Positions 54,369-62,233 of a DNA stretch of 64,000 nucleotides are shown piece by piece. The notes under the pieces are model-generated. The model was given only the letters and a program-made list of their open reading frames with translations, did not search any database and was not told the origin of the DNA. Source of the stretch: a phage; the sequence record PZ452596.1. The stretch is one strand, 5' to 3'. Each line of letters starts with the position of its first letter. Position 1 is the first letter of the stretch. Both the position numbers and the translations under genes were made by a program.

Positions 54369-54533
54369 TTACTCTTCTTTTTCTTTAGATTCCTCTTTTT
54401 TCTTTTTAGGAATCTGTTCAGGACCTTTATTTACTACAGCACCTGATGTTGTTCCAGTAGAGATATTTTCAGGATTACCACCTGAATCTCCAGCAACCAT
54501 ATCTTCTTTAATAAATTCTTTATATGTTTTCAT
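54369..54533 (-). CDS. hypothetical small protein
   Basis: 54-aa ORF MKTYKEFIKEDMVAG... found by hand; ATG lies inside the 49-bp repeat. Confidence 0.35.
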   Translation of the reverse strand: MKTYKEFIKEDMVAGDSGGNPENISTGTTSGAVVNKGPEQIPKKKKEESKEKEE

Positions 54534-54579
54534 ATTAACCTCTATTCATAAAAGCATTAAAAATTTGGTCATCAATAGA
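54531..54579. repeat. 49-bp direct repeat, copy 1
   Basis: catattaa[c]ctctattcataaaagcattaaaaatttggtcatcaataga; 48/49 identical to copy 2. Confidence 0.9.
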
Positions 54580-54891
54580 TGGAATAGCAACCTTTTCGGC
54601 ATCATTTAGCAAATCATTAATTTCATCAGATAGCATAACACATGTGCCTTTATTTCCTGTAATTGTTACTGCACAATTACGAACGTTTTCTTTATCAAAT
54701 TTTAGGTTAATATTTTCGTAGTGAAAATCCTTTAATGCCGAGTATATCTTTAAAATGAAATTGTCTTTTACTACAATAAACCCAACTTCACTATTAAAAC
54801 GTGGTTCATGGAAACTGTAATAAACCTTTTCATCTATGAAATCGTATGAAATTTTTTCCATTTTTAAATATGAAAATTCAGAACTATACAT
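54535..54891 (-). CDS. 61.x-family paralog (short)
   Basis: 118 aa; C-terminal SIDDQIFNAFMNR identical to next ORF; one copy of GFIVVKDN domain. Confidence 0.5.
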   Translation of the reverse strand: MYSSEFSYLKMEKISYDFIDEKVYYSFHEPRFNSEVGFIVVKDNFILKIYSALKDFHYENINLKFDKENVRNCAVTITGNKGTCVMLSDEINDLLNDAEKVAIPSIDDQIFNAFMNRG

Positions 54892-54937
54892 ATTAATCTC
54901 TATTCATAAAAGCATTAAAAATTTGGTCATCAATAGA
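54889..54937. repeat. 49-bp direct repeat, copy 2
   Basis: same sequence 358 bp away; spans C-terminal 13 codons, stop and next ATG of the paralog. Confidence 0.9.
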
Positions 54938-55534
54938 AATATTTACTTTAGACTGTTTTTCAGATGGCAATTCATATCCACATATTACAATTTTATGATC
55001 AATATCAAAATACACAGAAGCAATATGATTAATGATATTTTCAGTGAAGTCTAAATCAACATCAATATCTTTTTGACCACAGCCCAAAGGATAAATAATG
55101 CGAGTAATTCGATTATCTTTAACAAATATTCCACCGACATACTCTGTACTGCGTTTAAAGTCTACACGCCGACGAAATGAAAAATATTCAGGCTCTCTAT
55201 GAGCTCGGCTCATAGGACACAACGAGTAACTAGAATAAGAGATGTCAAATCCTACACCTTCAATATGAGCCAACGTGTCATGATTAAACCAATTATAATC
55301 GTACGCCAAATCCATTATATTGTAATATGTGAAAGGCACCGGATTAACATCATGTGTTGTACCTTTAAAATCTGCCCAGGCAACGATTTCGTTATCTTTA
55401 ACAATTACAAAAATTGTGCCAATAAGATATCCACGGTTATTTTCATCAGGCGTTATATTATAACATTGTGCATCAGGAAATTTACCGTATTTAAACGGTG
55501 GATTTTTGTGCATATAATAAATCATATTATTCAC
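54893..55534 (-). CDS. 61.x-family paralog (long; 61.2 position)
   Basis: 213 aa; two copies of the G.I.V.KDN domain; same C-terminal 13 aa as the short paralog. Confidence 0.5.
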   Translation of the reverse strand: MNNMIYYMHKNPPFKYGKFPDAQCYNITPDENNRGYLIGTIFVIVKDNEIVAWADFKGTTHDVNPVPFTYYNIMDLAYDYNWFNHDTLAHIEGVGFDISYSSYSLCPMSRAHREPEYFSFRRRVDFKRSTEYVGGIFVKDNRITRIIYPLGCGQKDIDVDLDFTENIINHIASVYFDIDHKIVICGYELPSEKQSKVNISIDDQIFNAFMNRD

Positions 55535-55820
55535 CTGTGATTTCGGTTACGATATTTTTGTTATTAAAGTTTTTATCGCAATACAGAACATAATTATACT
55601 GCATTACACCACCAGACTTAAGCTGTTTTTGTACTTCAGCTTTCATTTCAGGACGATCACGCTCAACGATATTCATAATATCTGCTTCAATCTGAGTTTC
55701 AACCTCAGTCTGATCTGCAGTCATAGACCATTCGCACAAATCTTTATCATAACCCGCCATAGCAGGCTGAGCAGCACAAGAAGCCAAAGCAAAAATTGCA
55801 GCAAAAATAAATTTTTTCAT
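55527..55820 (-). CDS. sp: Spackle periplasmic protein (lysozyme inhibitor / superinfection exclusion)
   Basis: 97 aa, signal peptide MKKFIFAAIFALASCAAQPAMA; matches T4 Sp. Confidence 0.85.
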   Translation of the reverse strand: MKKFIFAAIFALASCAAQPAMAGYDKDLCEWSMTADQTEVETQIEADIMNIVERDRPEMKAEVQKQLKSGGVMQYNYVLYCDKNFNNKNIVTEITGE

Positions 55821-55880
55821 GATAATCTCCTCAGTAGTTTATGTTTATATAGTATCTCAATTTCCAACAAAAGTAAATAG

Positions 55881-56183
55881 TTATTTTAAAACTTCTGCGT
55901 AATCACATGTTACAAACTGTTTCTCTAGCTTGACGATTTTACGAAAGTATCTTTTACATTGACGAATCTGCCGCTTCGTAGGGCGCACAGCAAACTTAAT
56001 AAATTCTACTCGACCAAATGGAGGGCTTTCTTCCGCTGGAATATCTAACACCAATTCCCACGTATCCGCAATAAGTGCCTTGAATTGAGTATTTTTCCTG
56101 ACATTATACGGAGTAGGTTTAAATAAAACCGTATGCATATTACCCTCGCCAATCAGATTCAAAAACTTTTTTATCATTAACAA
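55881..56183 (-). CDS. hypothetical protein (61.4 position)
   Basis: 100-aa ORF. Confidence 0.5.
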   Translation of the reverse strand: MLMIKKFLNLIGEGNMHTVLFKPTPYNVRKNTQFKALIADTWELVLDIPAEESPPFGRVEFIKFAVRPTKRQIRQCKRYFRKIVKLEKQFVTCDYAEVLK

Positions 56184-56331
56184 ATGCTTTAACTAAAGCT
56201 TTATTAACTTCAGCGAGTTGTGAAGTGACCCATAGAACTTGGTCTCTATCAGACACATCCATAGTGATTTCTTTGGTAAACATATTACCATTTTCAAACC
56301 AGCCAATAAAAACAACCTTTGCTAATTCCAT
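56140..56331 (-). CDS. dmd: Dmd-like antitoxin (inhibitor of RnlA/LsoA)
   Basis: 63-aa ORF immediately downstream of gene 41, the T4 dmd position; sequence identity not verified. Confidence 0.55.
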   Translation of the reverse strand: MELAKVVFIGWFENGNMFTKEITMDVSDRDQVLWVTSQLAEVNKALVKAFVNDKKVFESDWRG

Positions 56332-56349
56332 AACAATCTCCCCATTTAA

Positions 56350-56395
56350 CCAACAAGACTACTATACCATAGTCTTGTCAGCTTGTAAACTAAAA
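56350..56395 (-). promoter_or_regulatory. early promoter candidate upstream of dmd
   Basis: minus strand GTTTACA then ATGGTATAGT -10-like. Confidence 0.4.
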
Positions 56396-57817
56396 TTTTA
56401 ATTCATTTGCTAAAGCATCTAACTGAGCTCGAGTGGATTCATTTCTTTGATAGCGATTCTGTTCAGCCTGAATCTGTTGTGAACCTGCTACTTCACTCAC
56501 TTCAGTTGGAGTAGAATCTTGTTCAATTTCTACCCATTTTTGATTTCCTTTTTGAACACCCATCAAAAACTTATTCCACTTATTCTTATCACCATATCGT
56601 GATTTGATTTGCTTAATGAGTTGCTGTTCAGCAGCTGCTAGCTCCTCGGTTTCAATGACCGCAAGCATAAAATCAGCTGTCGCTGGAAGACCAGCAGATT
56701 CTGCGATATCACTCATGTTAACATCAGAAGAGTCCCAAGCTTGTTTACCGACCTGTGCTGCAGTCCAAAGAACAGTTTCGGTTTCAACAGCAAGAGCACG
56801 CAATTCCTCTGCAATAGCTTTAACAGTTGTGTAACTATTTTCTGAATAAACTCTAATGCGGCAAGATTTACAAATACCTAGATAGTCGACAATAATGATT
56901 GTTGGAACAAAATTCTTTTTGAGCTTCAATTCATTCAAGAGAGACCTGAATGTGTTAGCATCTGCCCCACCAGTAGGGTACTGTTTAACAATTAAACGAC
57001 CGAGAGTAGATTTCTCACGCCATTTTTCCATTTTTCCTTTATACTCAGCGTAAGAAATATGCCCATCATCAATGTCATCAAGAGAAACATCAAGCATATT
57101 AGCATCAATACGCTTAGCACAGACTTCTTCTGCCATTTCCATGGAAATGTAAAGAACATTATGTCCGAGCTGCAAATAATCTGCTGCCAATGAACACAGA
57201 CCTAATGACTTACCAACGTTAACGCCAGCCATTAAAACGTTCAGTGTTCCAGTCTCAGCTCCACCTTTAGTAATTTTGTTCAGAATTCTGAGTTTAAATG
57301 GAACCTTACGAGCTTTATTCATATAAGATAGCCAACGTGCTTCGTAGTCATCCATCCAATCATGACCAACGTAACTATCAAATGAAATTGATAATGCCTG
57401 GCGCATGATGTCAGGAATAGCACCAACATCCGGCATTTTCTTATTTCGTTTTTCCGGAGGAAGCTCAGCATTAGTTTGAATTTCGATTATTTTAGACGTA
57501 GCATTAAACATCGCCCTTTGCTGAACATATTTTTCTGTTTCTTTTACTAACCAGCTGTGGTCTTCCGGAGAATCAGCCAGTTTTGAAATAAGTGTTTTTA
57601 CACCAGAATATTCTGTTTCAGTAAATGAACTATTTTCTAATGCAACATTTAACGCATTAATAGATGGAACGCTATGATACTCATTAACATGAGATTTAAT
57701 TAATTTGAATGTATTTTTAGCTGGACCACTTTCAAAATATTCTGAATCCATATATGGCCAAACTTTTGAAAAATAAGCTTGATCAAATATGAGATGAGAA
57801 AGAATAATTTCTACCAC
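56390..57817 (-). CDS. 41: replicative DNA helicase gp41 (DnaB family)
   Basis: 475 aa, Walker A GVNVGKS; matches T4 gp41. Confidence 0.95.
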   Translation of the reverse strand: MVEIILSHLIFDQAYFSKVWPYMDSEYFESGPAKNTFKLIKSHVNEYHSVPSINALNVALENSSFTETEYSGVKTLISKLADSPEDHSWLVKETEKYVQQRAMFNATSKIIEIQTNAELPPEKRNKKMPDVGAIPDIMRQALSISFDSYVGHDWMDDYEARWLSYMNKARKVPFKLRILNKITKGGAETGTLNVLMAGVNVGKSLGLCSLAADYLQLGHNVLYISMEMAEEVCAKRIDANMLDVSLDDIDDGHISYAEYKGKMEKWREKSTLGRLIVKQYPTGGADANTFRSLLNELKLKKNFVPTIIIVDYLGICKSCRIRVYSENSYTTVKAIAEELRALAVETETVLWTAAQVGKQAWDSSDVNMSDIAESAGLPATADFMLAVIETEELAAAEQQLIKQIKSRYGDKNKWNKFLMGVQKGNQKWVEIEQDSTPTEVSEVAGSQQIQAEQNRYQRNESTRAQLDALANELKF

Positions 57818-57826
57818 ACTTACTCC

Positions 57827-58189
57827 TTAAAAGAATTTAAATTTTTTCTTTGACCTTTTATTAAATGCATCTTGCAGTTGCATTGTAATACATTTTTCTA
57901 CATGAGGAGCTAACTCAGCTTTTCTTTCTTGGTCAAGAACAGCAAAGTCCATTACAACCTTTCCATCAACCCAATCCAGTTTAGTTACATACACTATATG
58001 TGTAGAACCATCTTCTAGTTTAATGACAATCTCCTGGATAACATTTTCCATAGCGGATTTAATTATCTTAAGAGACTCATTAAAAAGACGTTCTTTTCTT
58101 TCTTCTTCCCCCTCCGAAGAGGGGGATTCATCGATAATTTCTAGATCTAAGTCTAAATCATCTTTATTCATTAAATTCTTCCATATCAC
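57827..58189 (-). CDS. 40: head vertex assembly chaperone gp40
   Basis: 120-aa ORF between 41 and uvsX. Confidence 0.8.
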   Translation of the reverse strand: MIWKNLMNKDDLDLDLEIIDESPSSEGEEERKERLFNESLKIIKSAMENVIQEIVIKLEDGSTHIVYVTKLDWVDGKVVMDFAVLDQERKAELAPHVEKCITMQLQDAFNKRSKKKFKFF

Positions 58190-59345
58190 TTAACTGCTCG
58201 AGGTCAGTTTCTAAATCAGCAGCTGATTTACTTTTACTTTCTGGAGATTTAAATTTTTCAACCTTTGAGTTAATCAATTCATCAACTTCAGCTTCAACAA
58301 TTTCATTACTATCAATAGCACCTAACTGATAAGCACGTTTAATAGCATCTCGGAATGGTTGATGCTTAAATAAAGGACCCCAGAATGTAGTGCAGTTGGT
58401 ATCTTTTGCACGCCAAGATTTTTCTTCGCGAATCATCTCGCCGGTTTCTTCATCAAGAAATTCACGAGCATACCAGCCATTTTTAGGTTTTACCACGAAT
58501 CCTAATTCTAGAGCCATATCTAACAATCCAGAATAAGGATCGATACCACCGTCAAATTTAACATCAATAAAGAATTTACTTTTTTCTTTAACGGTACGAG
58601 ATTTTTCTACATTTAGAACAAATTGATACCCCTGAAGATCAGAACCATCTTTAATTTGGCGTTTACCGATAATGAATACAGTATCAGCCGAATACATTAC
58701 GCCTGTACCACCTGTCATCACGGTTTTACTAAACATTTCAATTGTTTCAATTGTATGGTTAACCGCAACACATGGAATATTTTTAATGCTAAAATAAGGA
58801 GTAACAATACGGAATAATGACTTCAGTGATTTAGCACGAGTCATATCTGCCACAGATTTTTCATTCAAGGCATCTTCCGTTTCTTTCTTAGAAGCCATAT
58901 TACCGATTGAGTCGATGAATACAATAACCTTTTCACCACGCTCAATAGCTTCAAGCTGATTCACCATATCAATTTTCAGCTGTTCAACTGACTGAATTGG
59001 CGTATGAATTACTCGTTCCGGGTCAACTCCCATGGATCGCAAATAAGCTGGAGTAATACCAAATTCGCTATCATAGAATAGACAAACCGCGTCAGGATAT
59101 TTGTTCAAATATGCCGCAACCATAGTCAAAGACATATTTGATTTAAAGTGTTTAGAAGGCCCTGCGAAAATAGTTAAACCAGACTGCATACCGCCATCAA
59201 TCGCACCAGAAATAGCAATATTAAGCATTGGGATTTTTGTACGGATTACATCCTTTTCATTAAAGAATTTAGATGTAGTCAGTTCAGCAGTCATTTTAGA
59301 AGTGGAAGCTTTAATCAAACGGGATTTTAAATCTGCAATAGACAT
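58164..59345 (-). CDS. uvsX: UvsX recombinase (RecA-like)
   Basis: 393 aa, matches T4 UvsX. Confidence 0.95.
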   Translation of the reverse strand: MSIADLKSRLIKASTSKMTAELTTSKFFNEKDVIRTKIPMLNIAISGAIDGGMQSGLTIFAGPSKHFKSNMSLTMVAAYLNKYPDAVCLFYDSEFGITPAYLRSMGVDPERVIHTPIQSVEQLKIDMVNQLEAIERGEKVIVFIDSIGNMASKKETEDALNEKSVADMTRAKSLKSLFRIVTPYFSIKNIPCVAVNHTIETIEMFSKTVMTGGTGVMYSADTVFIIGKRQIKDGSDLQGYQFVLNVEKSRTVKEKSKFFIDVKFDGGIDPYSGLLDMALELGFVVKPKNGWYAREFLDEETGEMIREEKSWRAKDTNCTTFWGPLFKHQPFRDAIKRAYQLGAIDSNEIVEAEVDELINSKVEKFKSPESKSKSAADLETDLEQLSDMEEFNE

Positions 59346-59422
59346 TCATTTTTTCCATAGGCATCATTATATTTTCCTCACTGGTTAAAGATAGAGTAAT
59401 TATAACACAATAAATTTAGGCA

Positions 59423-60271
59423 TTAATCAACTGCTATTGGATGAATAGCATTAAACTTATGAAATGCTTCTGATTTTTCTTTACGCGAAACGCACATGCG
59501 AAGAACCTTTAATGGTTCGTCTTCTTCACCCAACGATTTTCGTTTTTCAATATTAGAAGTTTTCCAACGAGCTTGCTCTGGAAACTCTCTATTGATTTGC
59601 TCGAGCGCTCTATTATGTTTAGAATTACTGCGAATTGAACTGCACCCGCCGGGAGCTTGTGCTTTTCCGGATACAACTAGATATTTGAACAAGGCCAAAT
59701 GCGGATAACCTTGATTAATTAAATTGAGAAATGCATACATATCTTCGCACAAATCAATTTTTCCATACCCAATTTGTTCTGTCGTAAGTTTTCCAAGGTC
59801 ATACCATGTATTCGTGAATCCATATGAATTTTCACGATAATTACCCCAAGATGAAGTAATTTTAAAAATAGGTAGACGAGCATGACCGTGATAATATCCG
59901 CAATCCATAGCATCTTCAACGTATTGAATCAATTCGTAGAATTGTTCACGGGTTAATTGATTGACTTTATCTACACAGCGACGATCATCTCTTTTTCGCA
60001 TTGAGCTCATACGAATAGTAGTATCATCGTCAATCATCCAGATTCGTTGACCTGCATACATATCAGTAATTGCTTTACGAGTACCAGCAATTCCATTTAC
60101 GTCATCAGGAATAGTTATAATTTTAGCTCTAGACCCATAGGCATCATAATAAGCTTTTTCTTCATGTTCACGTACTACAATATGGGGTTCATAATCAGTC
60201 GGAAACATATCAAGGGCAGAAACTGCCCCGACACGCTGATAACTTGGAATTACGAATTGAATCATTTCCAC
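59423..60271 (-). CDS. putative GT-A-fold glycosyltransferase at the beta-gt locus
   Basis: 282 aa; FVIPSYQR N-terminus and IWMIDDDTT (DxD) motif; does not resemble T4 beta-glucosyltransferase. Confidence 0.6.
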   Translation of the reverse strand: MEMIQFVIPSYQRVGAVSALDMFPTDYEPHIVVREHEEKAYYDAYGSRAKIITIPDDVNGIAGTRKAITDMYAGQRIWMIDDDTTIRMSSMRKRDDRRCVDKVNQLTREQFYELIQYVEDAMDCGYYHGHARLPIFKITSSWGNYRENSYGFTNTWYDLGKLTTEQIGYGKIDLCEDMYAFLNLINQGYPHLALFKYLVVSGKAQAPGGCSSIRSNSKHNRALEQINREFPEQARWKTSNIEKRKSLGEEDEPLKVLRMCVSRKEKSEAFHKFNAIHPIAVD

Positions 60272-61002
60272 TCACCGTTATAATCTTTTTTCACAATATG
60301 AGTTTCGCCAGTATTCCACCAATGATCAACCAAGTAAAAATGACGAGAATATACATGAAGACTTCCAACATTCCATATAATAGAACCTGCTTTATACTGA
60401 CGAGTTGAATCGCCTGCATTCAAATCAGATACTAATTTATCTAATACGTATTTTTGCCATGCATAATCATTACGGAATCCGAAGACCACGTCATTTGAGC
60501 GCATGCTTACTACTGCATTGACTTTCTTATCACGAATCAGGTACTGTACTGTATTCGTACACATGAAATCTGACATACCATCTTTATTGTAGTCAAATTG
60601 CATGGATGGACGAGTATAAATCATGATACCACGTCGAGAATCAGGATTTTGACCAAGTTCAGCTAAACACATGTCATATTGAGCATAGTTATCTTCTGAC
60701 CAGATAGCCCAACCATAATTCGAGTTAATTTCACCTTTAGAAGATGCTACTTGTTGCCAAATCTTCGGTGTTTCACCCGGAATATCTTTAACGAACAAGC
60801 TCTTAGATTTATACCATTCAAGTTCACGCTGAATGTATTCATCATTAAGAGCGCCAAAAATAAACGGTTCATCTGCTACAAATGATGCGCCAATAATTTC
60901 AATAGTTTTAACACCAGTTTTATCAACTACGAAATCTTTTTCTTTTAATGCAAGCCCCAAATGAAGACGGATTTCTTCAACTGTCATAGAGTCACTAATC
61001 AT
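60262..61002 (-). CDS. 42: dCMP hydroxymethylase gp42
   Basis: 246 aa, ThyA-like fold; matches T4 gp42. Confidence 0.95.
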   Translation of the reverse strand: MISDSMTVEEIRLHLGLALKEKDFVVDKTGVKTIEIIGASFVADEPFIFGALNDEYIQRELEWYKSKSLFVKDIPGETPKIWQQVASSKGEINSNYGWAIWSEDNYAQYDMCLAELGQNPDSRRGIMIYTRPSMQFDYNKDGMSDFMCTNTVQYLIRDKKVNAVVSMRSNDVVFGFRNDYAWQKYVLDKLVSDLNAGDSTRQYKAGSIIWNVGSLHVYSRHFYLVDHWWNTGETHIVKKDYNGEWK

Positions 61003-61009
61003 TTAAACC

Positions 61010-61159
61010 TCAATTGATACATTCATATTTAACTTGTAACAGTAATAAACCCCAACCTAAAATAATAGTCGGAATCATAAGAGGAACCGTTACACTATAG
61101 TATATACTTATTATAATCATCAAGATTAAAAGCAACACTGCTATAATTTTGCTTTTCAT
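61010..61159 (-). CDS. small hydrophobic membrane protein (imm.1 position)
   Basis: 49 aa MKSKIIAVLLLILMIIISIYYSV... found by hand; ATGA overlap with imm. Confidence 0.35.
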   Translation of the reverse strand: MKSKIIAVLLLILMIIISIYYSVTVPLMIPTIILGWGLLLLQVKYECIN

Positions 61160-61407
61160 TCCTTCTCTCTGATGATAATTACTTGATTTGGCTGTGCAGA
61201 CTTTTTGGTTTCACCCGCAATTGACCAAATAAATGTAATAAACCAACCAATAATTGACCAGTTAAACAGCAAAGACGTGAAAAAGATTCCTACTGTCGAT
61301 TTTGACCCACGCATCAAGGCGATAAACCATGGAAGCATGTATATAATAATAGCCAACACACCTGAAACTAAAACCATAAAAATTGAACCTGCTACTAAAG
61401 TTTCCAT
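61156..61407 (-). CDS. imm: Imm, immunity to superinfection membrane protein
   Basis: 83 aa, two TM helices; matches T4 Imm. Confidence 0.9.
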   Translation of the reverse strand: METLVAGSIFMVLVSGVLAIIIYMLPWFIALMRGSKSTVGIFFTSLLFNWSIIGWFITFIWSIAGETKKSAQPNQVIIIREKE

Positions 61408-61414
61408 GTTTTCC

Positions 61415-61795
61415 TCACTTAGTCAAATTTTTTACACATGAATTATAAGAATTCACTACATACTCCATCGGAGCATTTTTACCAGTACGCCATTGGTAAT
61501 TATTAGCCCAATTAGCCCAAAGCTCGGCGCAGTAGTTTTCAATTTTTTCTTCGCGTGTAATTACATCCGAATTACGATATGCTTGAGCAGATTCATCTGG
61601 ACGAATAGCTTCGTCAAAATTCGCCTGCATTTGTTCTACTGTTTGCTTTGGAGCTTCTTTATAACACTTGACATTAGGATTATAAAATTTGCTTGAACAG
61701 TTTACAATTTTTCCTACATCAGACTGATTTACTACCGGTCCTTGAGCTACACAACCAGTAAGACCTAATGCAATAACCAAAATAGCGATTTTCAT
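61415..61795 (-). CDS. predicted lipoprotein
   Basis: 126 aa; MKIAILVIALGLTGCVAQG: signal peptide plus lipobox L-T-G-C. Confidence 0.5.
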   Translation of the reverse strand: MKIAILVIALGLTGCVAQGPVVNQSDVGKIVNCSSKFYNPNVKCYKEAPKQTVEQMQANFDEAIRPDESAQAYRNSDVITREEKIENYCAELWANWANNYQWRTGKNAPMEYVVNSYNSCVKNLTK

Positions 61796-61807
61796 AATAA
61801 TTTCCTC

Positions 61808-62059
61808 TTAAAACTTAACAAATAACTTTAAAGCATCTTCAGTTTTAATTCCTTTTCTTACACCCATAACAGAAATTGGCTGTGACTGAAATTTTCCTTT
61901 ACCATTATAAATTTCTAATCCAGTAACCATTCCATTTTGTTCTATAATACCGTAAGTGTTACCTTCATTTTCAAATTCTTTAACTTTAAAGAGTTTATTA
62001 GCTTTTTCTGCGTTAACAACTTTTAAATTTTGAATAAAATTAGTTTGAATATTTTTCAT
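61808..62059 (-). CDS. hypothetical protein
   Basis: 83-aa ORF directly downstream of an early promoter repeat. Confidence 0.45.
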   Translation of the reverse strand: MKNIQTNFIQNLKVVNAEKANKLFKVKEFENEGNTYGIIEQNGMVTGLEIYNGKGKFQSQPISVMGVRKGIKTEDALKLFVKF

Positions 62060-62067
62060 TTTGTGTT

Positions 62068-62128
62068 CCTCCGTAGTTGATAGTTGTATAGTACCATGGA
62101 AGAACAGTCTTGTAAACAGTTTTGTGAA
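62068..62128 (-). promoter_or_regulatory. T4-type early promoter downstream of gene 43 terminator (repeat family copy)
   Basis: near-identical to copies at 14535 and 31210. Confidence 0.5.
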
Positions 62129-62204
62129 AATTTTTTAGGGAATTCTAAAGGTCCAGAATCATCTGTTTTTCATAAGTATAGATTTATATTACTTGTATGA
62201 AAAA

Positions 62205-62220
62205 GGGACCCGGAGGTCCC
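62205..62220 (-). terminator. rho-independent terminator after gene 43
   Basis: GGGACC-CGGA-GGTCCC hairpin followed on minus strand by TTTTTCAT. Confidence 0.75.
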
Positions 62221-62233
62221 TAGATTTATTCTA

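Noticed and set aside
14521-62130. Dispersed ~50-bp repeats as possible CRISPR array or MITE-like mobile elements
   Set aside because: Copies are kilobases apart, always upstream of minus-strand genes, and contain GTTTAC and a -10-like element at promoter spacing; interpreted as early promoters.
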